Below are positions 18,718-32,328 of a stretch of DNA of 64,000 nt, one piece after another. The notes below the pieces were generated by a model. It ran no database searches. It had not been told where the DNA came from and saw nothing but the letters and a program-made list of their open reading frames with translations. The position numbers and the translations under genes are program-made. Source of the DNA: an uncultured Alphaproteobacteria bacterium (GTDB lineage: Bacteria > Pseudomonadota > Alphaproteobacteria > Rs-D84); the NCBI GenBank assembly GCA_947053455.1, contig CAMRSV010000002.1:57502-121501 (forward strand). The letters are read 5' to 3'. Each line of letters starts with the position of its first letter. Position 1 is the stretch's first letter.

Positions 18718-19530
18718 TTATTCTTCGTCCAGGCCTTTTAACAGAACGTCTTTCAATTCGTTCGGCATCATGCCCGTGGTTGAATAACCACAATCAACGT
18801 GGTGAACTTCACCGGTTACCGCGCTGGACAAATCGCTAAACAGATACACGGCCGCACCCGACACATCGTCCAGTGTCATATTGCGACGCAGCGGTGTCTG
18901 TTCCGCGTTAAGCCGCAACATCGCCTTGAATCCGCCAACCCCGCTAGATGCCAGCGTCATAATCGGCCCCGCGCTGATTGCGTTTACGCGAATTTTATCG
19001 CGTCCCAGATCAGACGCCAGATAACGAACACTGCTGTCCAGAGCAGATTTTGCAACACCCATGACGTTGTAATTCGGAACGGATTTTTCACCGCCAAAAT
19101 ATGTCAGGGCAACCACGCTGCCGCCATCATTCATTAATTTGGACGCACGCCGCGTCAAATCAACCAACGAATATACTGAAATATCCATTGTATTTTTGAA
19201 ATTGTCGCGCGTTGTGTCTGCATAACGGCCGGTCAATTCATTTTTATCCGAAAACGCAATCGCGTGCAGCATTCCGTCCAGATGTCCCCATTCTTTTTCA
19301 ATAGAATTGAACAGGGCATCCATCTGCTCATCATTTTGCACATTGCATTCGGTAACGAATTTCGCATTAATGGATTCCGCCAACGGACGCACGCGTTTTT
19401 CCAAATTTGGCATCGCATACGGCATTGCAATTTCTGCACCCTCTTCATGTGCGCGTTTGGCAATCGCCCACGCCATTGACCAATCATTGGCAACACCAGT
19501 GATTAAAATCTTTTTTCCTTTTAATAACAT
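18718..19530 (-). CDS. fabI: Enoyl-ACP reductase
   Basis: ITGVAN..SMAWAIA, MDISVYS, PNYNVMGVAKSAL, RVNAISAGPI. Confidence 0.96.
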   Translation of the reverse strand: MLLKGKKILITGVANDWSMAWAIAKRAHEEGAEIAMPYAMPNLEKRVRPLAESINAKFVTECNVQNDEQMDALFNSIEKEWGHLDGMLHAIAFSDKNELTGRYADTTRDNFKNTMDISVYSLVDLTRRASKLMNDGGSVVALTYFGGEKSVPNYNVMGVAKSALDSSVRYLASDLGRDKIRVNAISAGPIMTLASSGVGGFKAMLRLNAEQTPLRRNMTLDDVSGAAVYLFSDLSSAVTGEVHHVDCGYSTTGMMPNELKDVLLKGLDEE

Positions 19531-19627
19531 GCTTCTTCCTTTTATTGCTATCTATTGGACACAAATAACCATAACACCAAAATGCAAGGTTATCAATAAA
19601 TAACTTGAAAAAATATTTTATATCAGG

Positions 19628-20647
19628 TTACTTGCGCAATTTTTCCAGATACCATTCAACGGTCTTTACAATGCCCGTATCAAAGGTTTCCTGTGCCTTC
19701 CACCCAAGCAAGGTTTCCAGCTTTGTTGCGTCAATCGCATAGCGAAAATCGTGCCCTGCTCTATCGGCAACAAACGTTATTTGTTCTTCGTATTTATGAC
19801 CGTCGGCACGCGGCGCCTTTTCGTCCAATATGCCGCATATCGTTTTTACAATTGTTATATTGTTGCGTTCATTGCGACCGCCAATATTGTACGTTTCACC
19901 AGACTTGCCCGTGTGGAAAATCAAATCAATCGCCCGGCAATGATCCAATACATACAACCAGTCACGGACATTCTCGCCCTTGCCATAAATCGGCAATGGT
20001 TTGCCCGCTAACGCATTGCTAATAATCAACGGAATTAGTTTTTCATGATGCTGCTTTGGTCCATAATTGTTGGAACAATTAGATGTTGTGACATTCATTC
20101 CGTACGTGTGATGGTATGCCCGAACCAAGAAATCCGAGCTTGCCTTTGATGCGGAATAAGGACTGTTCGGCGCATACGGCGTCGTTTCGACAAAAAATCC
20201 GTCCGCCCCTAGGGCACCATACACCTCGTCTGTTGAAATATGATGAAAACGGCAATCCTCATACCCCGGCTTTACCTTGCCAGGTGCATCCATCCAATGA
20301 CTGCGTGCCGCATCCAACAAATTAAACGTGCCAATAATATTTGTGTTGATAAATGCACGCGGTCCCTTGATTGAATTGTCAACATGGCTTTCGGCGGCGA
20401 AATGAATCACACCGCGAATATCGTTTTCAGAAAACAGCTTTTCAACCAATTGCGCATCGCATATGTCACCATTTACAAACTTGTAATTGGACATTGATTC
20501 GCATTCGCGCAAATTATCCAGATTACCTGCATATGTCAGCTTGTCCAGATTAATTACATTATATTCCGGGTGCGCCTCACAAAAATATGGAACAAAATTT
20601 GACCCAATAAATCCGGCGCCACCTGTAACCAATATTGTTTTTTGCAT
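19628..20647 (-). CDS. rfbB: dTDP-glucose 4,6-dehydratase
   Basis: TGGAGFIGS, LDKLTYAGN, HFAAESHVD, STDEVYG, YSASK. Confidence 0.97.
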   Translation of the reverse strand: MQKTILVTGGAGFIGSNFVPYFCEAHPEYNVINLDKLTYAGNLDNLRECESMSNYKFVNGDICDAQLVEKLFSENDIRGVIHFAAESHVDNSIKGPRAFINTNIIGTFNLLDAARSHWMDAPGKVKPGYEDCRFHHISTDEVYGALGADGFFVETTPYAPNSPYSASKASSDFLVRAYHHTYGMNVTTSNCSNNYGPKQHHEKLIPLIISNALAGKPLPIYGKGENVRDWLYVLDHCRAIDLIFHTGKSGETYNIGGRNERNNITIVKTICGILDEKAPRADGHKYEEQITFVADRAGHDFRYAIDATKLETLLGWKAQETFDTGIVKTVEWYLEKLRK

Positions 20648-20669
20648 ATTAAACTCTCCTTGTGATAAT

Positions 20670-21557
20670 CTATATCAACTCATGCTTTTCATCATAAATT
20701 TTCTGCAAATAATCCCGATATGTACCCGGATTCAGACTCTGTATCAGTTCCATTAACTGTTCATCTGTTATAAAGCCGCAATCAGATGCAACTTCTTCAA
20801 TACAACCAATTTTTAATCCCTGGCGCTGTTCTATAATTTGAACAAACCGCCCCGAATCCATCAGTGCATCGGGCGTACCCGCATCCAGCCACGCGTTACC
20901 GCGGCGCATTGGAACGACCGACAAACGCCCTTCTTCCAGGTACATTTTATTTAAATCAGTAATTTCCAATTCCCCGCGCGCCGAAGGTTTTAATTTGCGC
21001 GCCTTTTCAACAACATCACCGGGGTAAAAATAGAGTCCAACCAACGCATAATTTGATTTCGGCTGTTTTGGTTTTTCCTCGATTGAAATGACATTAAGGT
21101 CTTCGTCAAACTCAACAACCCCAAAACGTTCCGGATCGCTAACATGATACGCAAATATTGTTGCGCGCTGCGATTGGCTTTTTGCGACTTCTGCCTTGAA
21201 TTTTTCCATTTGACCGCCCATATGGAATATATTGTCGCCCAAAATCAGACATACAGAATCATCACCAATAAAATCTGCCCCAATTGTAAATGCCTGTGCG
21301 ATACCTTTGGGTTCCGGCTGAATCGCATATTGAATGTTTAACCCCAGCTGATGCCCGTCACCAAATAATTTTTCAATATTTGGGGTATCCTGCGGTGTTG
21401 AAATAATTAAAATGTCCTTGATACCAAATGACATAACTGTAGATAATGGGTAATAAATCATTGGCTTGTCATAAACAGGTAATAATTGCTTGGATGTTGT
21501 TTTAGTCAATGGATAAAGTCTGCTACCACTGCCCCCTGCAAGAATAATTCCCTTCAT
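20670..21557 (-). CDS. rfbA: Glucose-1-phosphate thymidylyltransferase
   Basis: MKGIILAGGSGSRLYP, SKQLLPVYDKPMIYYPL, SARGELEITD. Confidence 0.97.
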   Translation of the reverse strand: MKGIILAGGSGSRLYPLTKTTSKQLLPVYDKPMIYYPLSTVMSFGIKDILIISTPQDTPNIEKLFGDGHQLGLNIQYAIQPEPKGIAQAFTIGADFIGDDSVCLILGDNIFHMGGQMEKFKAEVAKSQSQRATIFAYHVSDPERFGVVEFDEDLNVISIEEKPKQPKSNYALVGLYFYPGDVVEKARKLKPSARGELEITDLNKMYLEEGRLSVVPMRRGNAWLDAGTPDALMDSGRFVQIIEQRQGLKIGCIEEVASDCGFITDEQLMELIQSLNPGTYRDYLQKIYDEKHELI

Positions 21558-21747
21558 GATAATGTAACTCCATGTTTTTATTGAGCCGTTTGTGTATTTG
21601 ACAAAAGTGAAGATAGCAATCCGAACATCCCAAAGTCAAGATTATTTATTGTATTTCCGGCAAAAAATCAGGATGCAAAATTATTTTTGCGGTTTGAAAA
21701 AAAAGACTTGAAATGGGATTAAAAAGATTATAATATACATGAGCAAT

Positions 21748-21823
21748 TCGGGCATAGTTCAGTCGGTAGAACAACGGACTGTTAATCCGTATGTCGCTGG
21801 TTCGAGTCCAGCTGCCCGAGCCA
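21748..21823 (+). tRNA. tRNA-Asn(GTT)
   Basis: TCGGGCA/TGCCCGA stem, ACGGA-CTGTTAA-TCCGT anticodon arm, CCA; TTGAAA-17-TATAAT promoter upstream. Confidence 0.97.
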
Positions 21824-22440
21824 AGTTCTATAAACCGTCCCACCAGGGCGGTTTTTTGTTGTTTTACATACCAATTACGATTACAATTCTTATAAAGGCT
21901 TAAAAAATGAAAAAACTATTTTTAGCGTTAAAAGCTATTGCTAATGACAATGTCTATAGAAGAGAAACTAAAAGAGTTTTAGATAAATATATTTTAGAAT
22001 GTCTTTCTTATACGAAAGAAATGAAAGAATGTGATATATATGAGTTAGAAAAAATAGTGTTAGAATATATTTATAGCCCCAAATTCATGCAAGAATGTAA
22101 AGAAGGTATCAAAAGGCACGGTTCTCTTGAAATCTTTTTTTATGATTATGTATTACATCTTCTATCACAGACTGATGACAAAAACCCCAATCACAAAACT
22201 TTTCATAGGTGTGACGCGATTGCGTTTGCAGCAATACATCGTGAGTTTAATAGAACGCCACATAGCCAAAGCCGGGAATTTTATACCGCAAGGAAAAAAT
22301 TTTATACTATATATACTGACGATTAAGAAACATTTAATTTATCTGATAACTTAATAAAATCATCATGATTTTCCACGCTATAACCGCAAGCCGGCTCGAG
22401 CCAAGTTTTATATGCCGCCCCATCGGGGCTGTTTTTTGTT
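21814..22440 (+). repeat. Imperfect 47-bp direct repeat of the tRNA-Asn 3' end plus terminator (21814-21860 and 22394-22440)
   Basis: gcccgagccaagttctataaaccgtcccaccagggcggttttttgtt vs gctcgagccaagttttatatgccgccccatcggggctgttttttgtt (39/47 identical by eye). Confidence 0.75.
21907..22326 (+). CDS. Hypothetical protein (AT-rich island)
   Basis: 139 aa ORF; AAGG RBS; visibly AT-rich. Confidence 0.6.
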   Translation: MKKLFLALKAIANDNVYRRETKRVLDKYILECLSYTKEMKECDIYELEKIVLEYIYSPKFMQECKEGIKRHGSLEIFFYDYVLHLLSQTDDKNPNHKTFHRCDAIAFAAIHREFNRTPHSQSREFYTARKKFYTIYTDD

Positions 22441-22585
22441 ATGACAGCGCTGGCCCGCGTGCGCTTCGATAAACATTAAAATATCAATCATATTCAGCCA
22501 GCCCAATAAAAATATTTATTATCGAAATTCTATGCGTATGAAAAAGAGCGACCTTTCCAACTTCATAAACTACATGGCTTGTTAT

Positions 22586-23407
22586 CTATCTAAATCTATC
22601 GCGTATATCTTGTTCCATTTCATAGAACAGTCGATGTTTGGTTATCCATTTAGATATATTAACCCTCTTCATATTCAGGATAGACTTATATATCTTTAAT
22701 AATTCGGTTTTTGAAAAATCTTTTAATAGAAAGTCGTTTTTATATGTAAACATATATTTACAATATGCATGAAATAATGGGATATTAAAATCCGGATTCA
22801 TTAAAATTCTTTTTACATCTTTTACGTACTGTTTCGTAGCAATACCATCGGGGTCTTTTTTAGCTTGTTCCAGATATAATCCCATCTGCCTAACAGGCAC
22901 ATATAAGGAATACTGCAACTTATACCCCCACCAATTCAAAGCTTTTCTTGCTTTTTTAAATTGTTTTTTTATATTTTTCTTTGAAACGTCGTTTTTTATC
23001 TCCCCTACGATCTGACTAGCAAGCTCATCTATTACAGCAAGTGCGGTTAGCTCAACTACGTTTAATGGAACATAATTGGTAGTATGCAGATATTTTATTA
23101 CGCGATGGTCATACCAGTGGTGTTCTTCATGTTGCAATATAGCATCAACATCTATATCAGCGTAAAATAGTTTTCTGCTTGCCTTTTTAAACTTTCCGGC
23201 CAAAGTCGACGTATCTACATCTACATTCATCATATGAATGGTATTAGTTTTAGGATTATAATGCGGATTTTTCCCAAATGGTATATCATATTGTAATTTG
23301 TATTTAGGTATTTCTGCAAGTCCAATCACCGGTAATTCAGACAGGCTCGAATACTGTTCTTCAAACTGTTTGCTAAAATGTTTTACATAACTTTTCATTT
23401 TACTCAA
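22586..23407 (-). CDS. Hypothetical protein with HExxH motif (possible zincin)
   Basis: ILQHEEHHWYD with downstream DELAS; AT-rich. Confidence 0.55.
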   Translation of the reverse strand: MSKMKSYVKHFSKQFEEQYSSLSELPVIGLAEIPKYKLQYDIPFGKNPHYNPKTNTIHMMNVDVDTSTLAGKFKKASRKLFYADIDVDAILQHEEHHWYDHRVIKYLHTTNYVPLNVVELTALAVIDELASQIVGEIKNDVSKKNIKKQFKKARKALNWWGYKLQYSLYVPVRQMGLYLEQAKKDPDGIATKQYVKDVKRILMNPDFNIPLFHAYCKYMFTYKNDFLLKDFSKTELLKIYKSILNMKRVNISKWITKHRLFYEMEQDIRDRFR

Positions 23408-23682
23408 AATATAATATCATAATTATTGAAAAAATAAAATTTATTTTATTGCAGTTGGTAGTTTGGGAAAATACTTTGGAAACTCTGCCCGTAAAAGCGC
23501 TAAAATCCAACAACTTTTACCTATAAAAATTAACAAACGGTCATACATTACAAACATAAAGCCGTATAATAGTTACATTAGCCTTAAGCAAAAGACGGCT
23601 TGATTAACCACCAATGGAAAATAATACTTATTCATTTACCTTTATTTAGGATTGGCAATAGAAATATACACAAATTACGGCG

Positions 23683-25662
23683 CTAAAAAAGCTCTTCAAT
23701 ACCAATAGATTTCAAATATTCAAACAGCTCATCATAAAATTTACACCGTCTAGTACTGTCAGAATCATCACCCTGCGGAACAAATATAACGAAACCTTCG
23801 CGTGCACGGGTCAGTAGCACACGATATGCGTTTTTCAGATATCTACGCTTATCTTCTTTATTTATGTATAACCATCGTGAGCCGCTGGGTTTATAGCACT
23901 GAAATTGACCATTTTCATATCGATAATCAGCGTCCCACGCAATAACAGCATAATCTATTTCGAGGCCCTGAATATCAAATTCACTGGCAACTTCTTCCAT
24001 AAAATACGAAGATTTTATGTCTTTGCGGTCACCCAGAAACCATTTTTCCGGCTTGCATTTGCTTTCAACCCATATGCCATCTGCACGTAATCTACGCCCA
24101 TTTGAACTAGCAATTAGGCCGTGACGCAGATTCTTACCTTCAGTCTGATTACGCACCCATTGTTTGGCCGTGTTTAAGTTGCGAGTTATATATATAGGAT
24201 AAATTCCGGACAACTTATTATATTTGTCTGCGGCTGTGGCAGTATCACCATCCAGCACAGCATCTACAAATCCTGCGACATCTTGTGTTCTGTGTGCACG
24301 TACTGATACAGACAGATGTAATTCCTTTACTGTTTCGCATTTTAGGCCATCGGTCAAATCCTGAAACGATTGGTTGCCCAGATATTCGCTGACGTTTATC
24401 TCATCTGATACATAAACGTGCCAATCAGGAAATGAACGCTTCAACGACGCAAACCATTCTTGAATTCCAGCCTCGCCAGTGTTTATATCTTGTCCGCCGC
24501 CCACCAAACATACAATTACGGCCCAATCTTGGTGGCGATTCATGTAGTCAATCAGCAGTTCCGGTTCACTCATAGACAGAAAATAAGTACGCTGTCCATC
24601 GGTTAACCTATTAAGAACCGGGCCCTTCTTTTTCTGCATAAAATCCGATAGCATAGACTGATTCCAAGCACGTTGCGCCTCATCGAATATAACAACGTTC
24701 TCGACCGGTGGATTTTGCATGTTATTTAAAGATGCATCTCGAAATCCGTGAATAATCTGGATAAAGGACTTTGTGCTCTCGCGAGCCTTGGCCAATGGTG
24801 TTCCATGCTGCTGGTGGTCATCTTTTGCCAACGCCTCACGCAAAACAGAAACAAGGGGCTGATTTCCTGTTAACAAACAGGCGCCACTTTGACCTGTCGC
24901 TTTCTGATTTTCTATTGCAATATTTAAACCAGCCAGCGTTTTACCAGCGCCAGGCACACCGGTTATAAAACAAATTGATTTTTGCTGGTCCTGTTTAGAT
25001 TTCTCGATGATTTTCTGGACTGCATCTGATGTCTTGGTCAGGTTCTCTGCCGCTGTATTTTGCGCGATATTATCAACACAATGGTTGATGTACAAACTTC
25101 TGGCGGCCTCAATAATTGTTGGTGTCGGAGCATATCGGGAACCTGCCCATGCATCGACATCAAGCGATTTGCAAGACGTGTCTGTGTTACGAATGATTAT
25201 AGCACCCAAATCATCACCATTTGTTAAAATCACGTCTTCTGGTTCGTTCTGTTTGCGATAGTCGCAAGGAACATTGGTCGCTATCAGAACGGGTACGATT
25301 TTGCGTTGACGACTTTCCTCGTGATAGTTTTCCAGGTCAAAAGCATATGTGCGCACCTGGCGAATTGCATCACTGGGATATGAAGTGGCCCCGATTTTGA
25401 ATTCCAACACAAAAACAGTGTTGTTTATCAGCAAGATATTGTCTATGCGGCCACCCACACGTGGCAGCGTATATTCGAACAAAATACTGCCGCACGGGGC
25501 GTGTGCCAAGGCGCGCCTTAACAAACGAATTTGTTCTATCCAGGCGTCTTTTTGTGTCGCCACGGTATCATATCTATCACCATAAGCAATTGTGCCAAAT
25601 ATTTCATCTTCGGTTTGCTTTAAAAAGTTCTGGATACTGTTTTTGTAGAAAGCGTCGCTCAT
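23683..25662 (-). CDS. DUF2075 (Schlafen group 3-like) nuclease-helicase
   Basis: N-terminal E..P..GRID..LEFK PD-(D/E)xK-like motif; GVPGAGKT; FDEAQRAW; QGLEIDY; YRVLLTRAR. Confidence 0.88.
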   Translation of the reverse strand: MSDAFYKNSIQNFLKQTEDEIFGTIAYGDRYDTVATQKDAWIEQIRLLRRALAHAPCGSILFEYTLPRVGGRIDNILLINNTVFVLEFKIGATSYPSDAIRQVRTYAFDLENYHEESRQRKIVPVLIATNVPCDYRKQNEPEDVILTNGDDLGAIIIRNTDTSCKSLDVDAWAGSRYAPTPTIIEAARSLYINHCVDNIAQNTAAENLTKTSDAVQKIIEKSKQDQQKSICFITGVPGAGKTLAGLNIAIENQKATGQSGACLLTGNQPLVSVLREALAKDDHQQHGTPLAKARESTKSFIQIIHGFRDASLNNMQNPPVENVVIFDEAQRAWNQSMLSDFMQKKKGPVLNRLTDGQRTYFLSMSEPELLIDYMNRHQDWAVIVCLVGGGQDINTGEAGIQEWFASLKRSFPDWHVYVSDEINVSEYLGNQSFQDLTDGLKCETVKELHLSVSVRAHRTQDVAGFVDAVLDGDTATAADKYNKLSGIYPIYITRNLNTAKQWVRNQTEGKNLRHGLIASSNGRRLRADGIWVESKCKPEKWFLGDRKDIKSSYFMEEVASEFDIQGLEIDYAVIAWDADYRYENGQFQCYKPSGSRWLYINKEDKRRYLKNAYRVLLTRAREGFVIFVPQGDDSDSTRRCKFYDELFEYLKSIGIEELF

Positions 25663-25663
25663 T

Positions 25664-26050
25664 TTACTTTTCCATGGTTACCAGTTTTTCTGCGACGATT
25701 TTATCCGCAGGTAATTGTGGATGCGACAATAATTCTGACAAAGACACCCAATGCATTTGGTCATGAACCCGCAGTTGTATATCGCCGGCATAGCCTGCAA
25801 TCTCATAAGCGTAAAGTTCAACAATCTTGCCAGATTCTGTTGTGTGTTTTGCAACTATGACTAATTCGCCAATTTTCGCATCAATGCCCAGTTCTTCAAA
25901 CAGCTCGCGCTGCAAACAGGTTGGACCTTCTTCGCCATCTTCAAATTTTCCGCCTGGATATTCCCATTCACCAGCCAACGGCTGATTTGGCCCGCGCCGC
26001 ATCAGCAGAACTTTATCCCCATGCCTAAAAATCGCAGCAGTTACTTTCAT
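25664..26050 (-). CDS. NUDIX hydrolase, MutT-like
   Basis: WEYPGGKFEDGE...RELFEELGI Nudix box; LPAD. Confidence 0.9.
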   Translation of the reverse strand: MKVTAAIFRHGDKVLLMRRGPNQPLAGEWEYPGGKFEDGEEGPTCLQRELFEELGIDAKIGELVIVAKHTTESGKIVELYAYEIAGYAGDIQLRVHDQMHWVSLSELLSHPQLPADKIVAEKLVTMEK

Positions 26051-26306
26051 TTGTTTAATTTATATCGGCGGCCTTTATTTTGATCAGTAGCGATTAGCAT
26101 GCCTTTTCCTGTTTAGACAGATCGGATGCGATTTTACATTCATCAACAAAATCAGATTTAGTTTTGATTATACAAAGACTTTCCCGAAATGTATATGATT
26201 TTGTTTACGATTGCGCCATAAAGTTCTTTATATTTTACGCAACATAAACACTGTAAACACATTGAATATTCTGCCTTTTTGGTTATACTAATATCAATAA
26301 AAATGG

Positions 26307-26609
26307 TTGTCAATATATGTTTTTAAAATTAATATAAACATATGTGAAATGAAAAATAAAGGTTACAAAATGAAACACACAAACGGCGCGGGTACCTTTA
26401 CTACAAATCAAATGAGTATTGATGAAACAATACAGGAAGCAATGGATGTCGTTGATATTGCAATTGCGGTACTAAATAATGACGCAAATATACCACAGGC
26501 ATTAACAAATCTAAACGCAGCACAAACATATTTGGAACATATCAGAAAAAAGTCGAAAATCGCCCTTGCCCATGTCCCAGCAGAAATTCAAACACAAGAA
26601 TACCTATAA
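26307..26609 (+). CDS. Hypothetical protein (start probably 26370)
   Basis: AAAGG RBS before MKHTN; helical sequence. Confidence 0.45.
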   Translation: MSIYVFKININICEMKNKGYKMKHTNGAGTFTTNQMSIDETIQEAMDVVDIAIAVLNNDANIPQALTNLNAAQTYLEHIRKKSKIALAHVPAEIQTQEYL

Positions 26610-27206
26610 CCCAAACTTGTACACCGCACCAAGGTATACTTGCGTTGCATCAACGTCTGTTGAACCATTCTCATGGTCAACCTGGCCAAAATAAATGTAC
26701 TTAAATCCCAAATCCAAATCAATACGCGTATTTAGGCGGAACAATACACCGACCATAACCTGACCGGACAGGTCAAACGCATTATCCAAGTGACTGGCCA
26801 CTTCGCCCCATATTCCGGTAAGCCCAACACCACCACCCAAATATGGTGCAAACGCATTATCAAATTCATACAACGCATAAACGTTTAACATGTTTGCCCA
26901 TATGTCATATTCAAAATTAGTGTCATTTTTACTATACTGGGTGCCCATGTACAATGTTTCGTATTCCACGCGCAAATAATCCGTCAGATTATTCCCCATT
27001 GTCGTACCAAACCCCAGTCCGTTATCCAAATACTTCTGGCGCCACCCATCCGAATGCTTGTACGAATATGAACTGTGCTGATTCACATACAGGCGCACAC
27101 CAGCATAACTGTCGCGCGACACGTTTTGGCGTTCACATACCGGGCATTCATGCGCACCTGCCGCACATGTCATCAAAGATAACGAAACAATAAAAAACTT
27201 TTTCAT
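26604..27206 (-). CDS. Outer-membrane beta-barrel protein (OmpA/Opa-like)
   Basis: Signal peptide; LRVEYE, PYLGGGVG, DLGFKY; C-terminal YKF. Confidence 0.8.
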   Translation of the reverse strand: MKKFFIVSLSLMTCAAGAHECPVCERQNVSRDSYAGVRLYVNQHSSYSYKHSDGWRQKYLDNGLGFGTTMGNNLTDYLRVEYETLYMGTQYSKNDTNFEYDIWANMLNVYALYEFDNAFAPYLGGGVGLTGIWGEVASHLDNAFDLSGQVMVGVLFRLNTRIDLDLGFKYIYFGQVDHENGSTDVDATQVYLGAVYKFGL

Positions 27207-27346
27207 CCCGTTCCCCTTGGGGTATTACTAATAAATGATTACAGAAAACCCCACAAACACAATATGATTATTATCCTTACCATGGCTTGCCGGCATAAAA
27301 TAAATTACTTTATTTCCTGTATTTTTATTTGTACAATGCCAGAGTC

Positions 27347-28708
27347 ATGAAAAAAATAAAGATTCCTGAAAGCATAAAAATCGAAGGCGGCCATACGCTG
27401 CGCGATGGCGCATCTGTCAAAATCAGCGGCGCCAAGAACGAAATTTTGGGTGCTATGTGTGCGGCCATACTAACCGATAAGCCGGTAAAATTTACAAATG
27501 TGCCACATATAACGGACGTTATAGATTTAATTGACATAATGCAAGATATTGGCATCCGCACCAAGTATCATCCAAATAAAAAGACACTTGATATTCATGC
27601 GCAGCGAATAACATCAAATGAGCTAAACGAATCTGCATTAAAATTTCGAGCATCATATTACATATGGGGGGCACTGCTGGGGCGATTTACCAAAACTGGC
27701 GAATTTAATTCTTTAAAAATCAAAGTTCCCGGTGGATGTGCAGGATTTGGTACAAACGGCACACGTCCATTTGACTTTCACATAAATCTGTTGGAAAACG
27801 TGTTCGGCGCCACATTGCATGACACGGGCAAGAATTTGGAATTCGTGCTACCAAAATCGTTCGATGCTGGGGTTGAACCAATTTATTCCACAACGCGCGT
27901 TTCACACGGCGCAACGTTTCATTGGATGCTGTCGGTCGCGCTGTCCCCCAATTTAAAGATGATATTTAATTCATCATTAGAGCCAGAGGTATCGCACCTG
28001 TTAAGTATTTTGAATAAAATGGGGGCAAATATCCGCGGCACAAATTCCGAGGCAATGACAAACCTGGGGCATACAAAATATCTGTTAAACGGCGGACAAT
28101 TTGAAATCATGCCAGATAGACTGGAAACCGGTTTTTATGCACAATTGGCATTGGCAACAAAATCAAAAATAAAATTGATTGGCACTGATGCACCGTCATG
28201 CCGCCCATGGTTAAACACCATGATTGAAATCGCCGGAAAATCAAAGTGTAAAATCGGCAGAAAATCAATGGAATTTGATTTCCAAAATTTACATAAATTT
28301 ACGGGTCGCAACATGATTATTTCACCCATACCGGGCAAAGAAACAGATATGCACCAAACCTGGGCGCCGGTATTATCCATGGCAACCAGCCAATCAAAAA
28401 TATATGACCCAATATACGAAAACCGCACAAGACATTTGCCGGAACTGGCTAAATTTGGTCTTAATTCATCCAGCCGGGTGCTTGACATAAAAAATTCTGT
28501 CGCGCCTAAATCCAGCGAAATTATAATAAACCCGTCTATATTGCGACCGGCGGTGGCAAATGGGATGGATTTACGCGGAACGGCGGCACTGATTATTGCG
28601 GCGACAATGGCAAATGGGGAAAGCACACTGTACGACATCGGATATGCTCTGCGAGGGTATCCTAATTTGATTCAAAATCTAAAGAACATCGGTATACATA
28701 TAAGATAA
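27347..28708 (+). CDS. murA: UDP-N-acetylglucosamine 1-carboxyvinyltransferase (divergent)
   Basis: ISGAKN, RAS, PGGC..RP.D.H, S.GAT, EPEV, PDRLE, TD, YENR, DLRG, RGY. Confidence 0.88.
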   Translation: MKKIKIPESIKIEGGHTLRDGASVKISGAKNEILGAMCAAILTDKPVKFTNVPHITDVIDLIDIMQDIGIRTKYHPNKKTLDIHAQRITSNELNESALKFRASYYIWGALLGRFTKTGEFNSLKIKVPGGCAGFGTNGTRPFDFHINLLENVFGATLHDTGKNLEFVLPKSFDAGVEPIYSTTRVSHGATFHWMLSVALSPNLKMIFNSSLEPEVSHLLSILNKMGANIRGTNSEAMTNLGHTKYLLNGGQFEIMPDRLETGFYAQLALATKSKIKLIGTDAPSCRPWLNTMIEIAGKSKCKIGRKSMEFDFQNLHKFTGRNMIISPIPGKETDMHQTWAPVLSMATSQSKIYDPIYENRTRHLPELAKFGLNSSSRVLDIKNSVAPKSSEIIINPSILRPAVANGMDLRGTAALIIAATMANGESTLYDIGYALRGYPNLIQNLKNIGIHIR

Positions 28709-28824
28709 GATTGGAATATCGTCCTATGGAAAATCCCGTTATATGGGATAAACTAAATAACGGCTTACCAGAAAGGGCGAAGAGGCACAACCGAGAGAGT
28801 CGCCCACATATTTAATTTCCACAA

Positions 28825-29190
28825 TTATATACATGTATATTCGTAAGAATGCGGCATTTTGTACATGTTTTGCGTTACCGCATCAACAAATATAGGCAAC
28901 ACGCCAAATAATCCACCTGGAATTATATCTAAAAATACGGCGGCCCCGTTCAATACCGGCTGAATAGTTGGCGCACCACATTCTGGGTTCTTGCTTTCAA
29001 TCAATATTTCACCCCTGGAATACAATGTCTTTTCTTCGCCGGGACGTATTTTATAAACACCCATCGTGCCAGATGCGGTTATAATATCTTCTGAATTATT
29101 GTGTATTGTAATATCCCGATTTCGCCCAATTCCCATCGCCCCACAAGATGAAAGAAATAAAACAGAACAAATTAAAATAATATTTTTCAT
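28825..29190 (-). CDS. Hypothetical lipoprotein
   Basis: Lipobox LSSC after a hydrophobic signal. Confidence 0.7.
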   Translation of the reverse strand: MKNIILICSVLFLSSCGAMGIGRNRDITIHNNSEDIITASGTMGVYKIRPGEEKTLYSRGEILIESKNPECGAPTIQPVLNGAAVFLDIIPGGLFGVLPIFVDAVTQNMYKMPHSYEYTCI

Positions 29191-29257
29191 GCGCCCTCTC
29201 TTCTTTATGAGTGAGATTATAATCCCATATAATATTCATATCAAGCGCCATATTTGA

Positions 29258-32262
<3,005 letters not shown>

Positions 32263-32328
32263 GTTTGATATTATACCACAAATAATGACATTAAAAAAAC
32301 ATAAAAAACGGGGCGTCGCCCCGCTTTT

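Noticed and set aside
27347-28708. Fosfomycin-resistant MurA
   Set aside because: Active-site Cys (PGGC) is retained despite divergence
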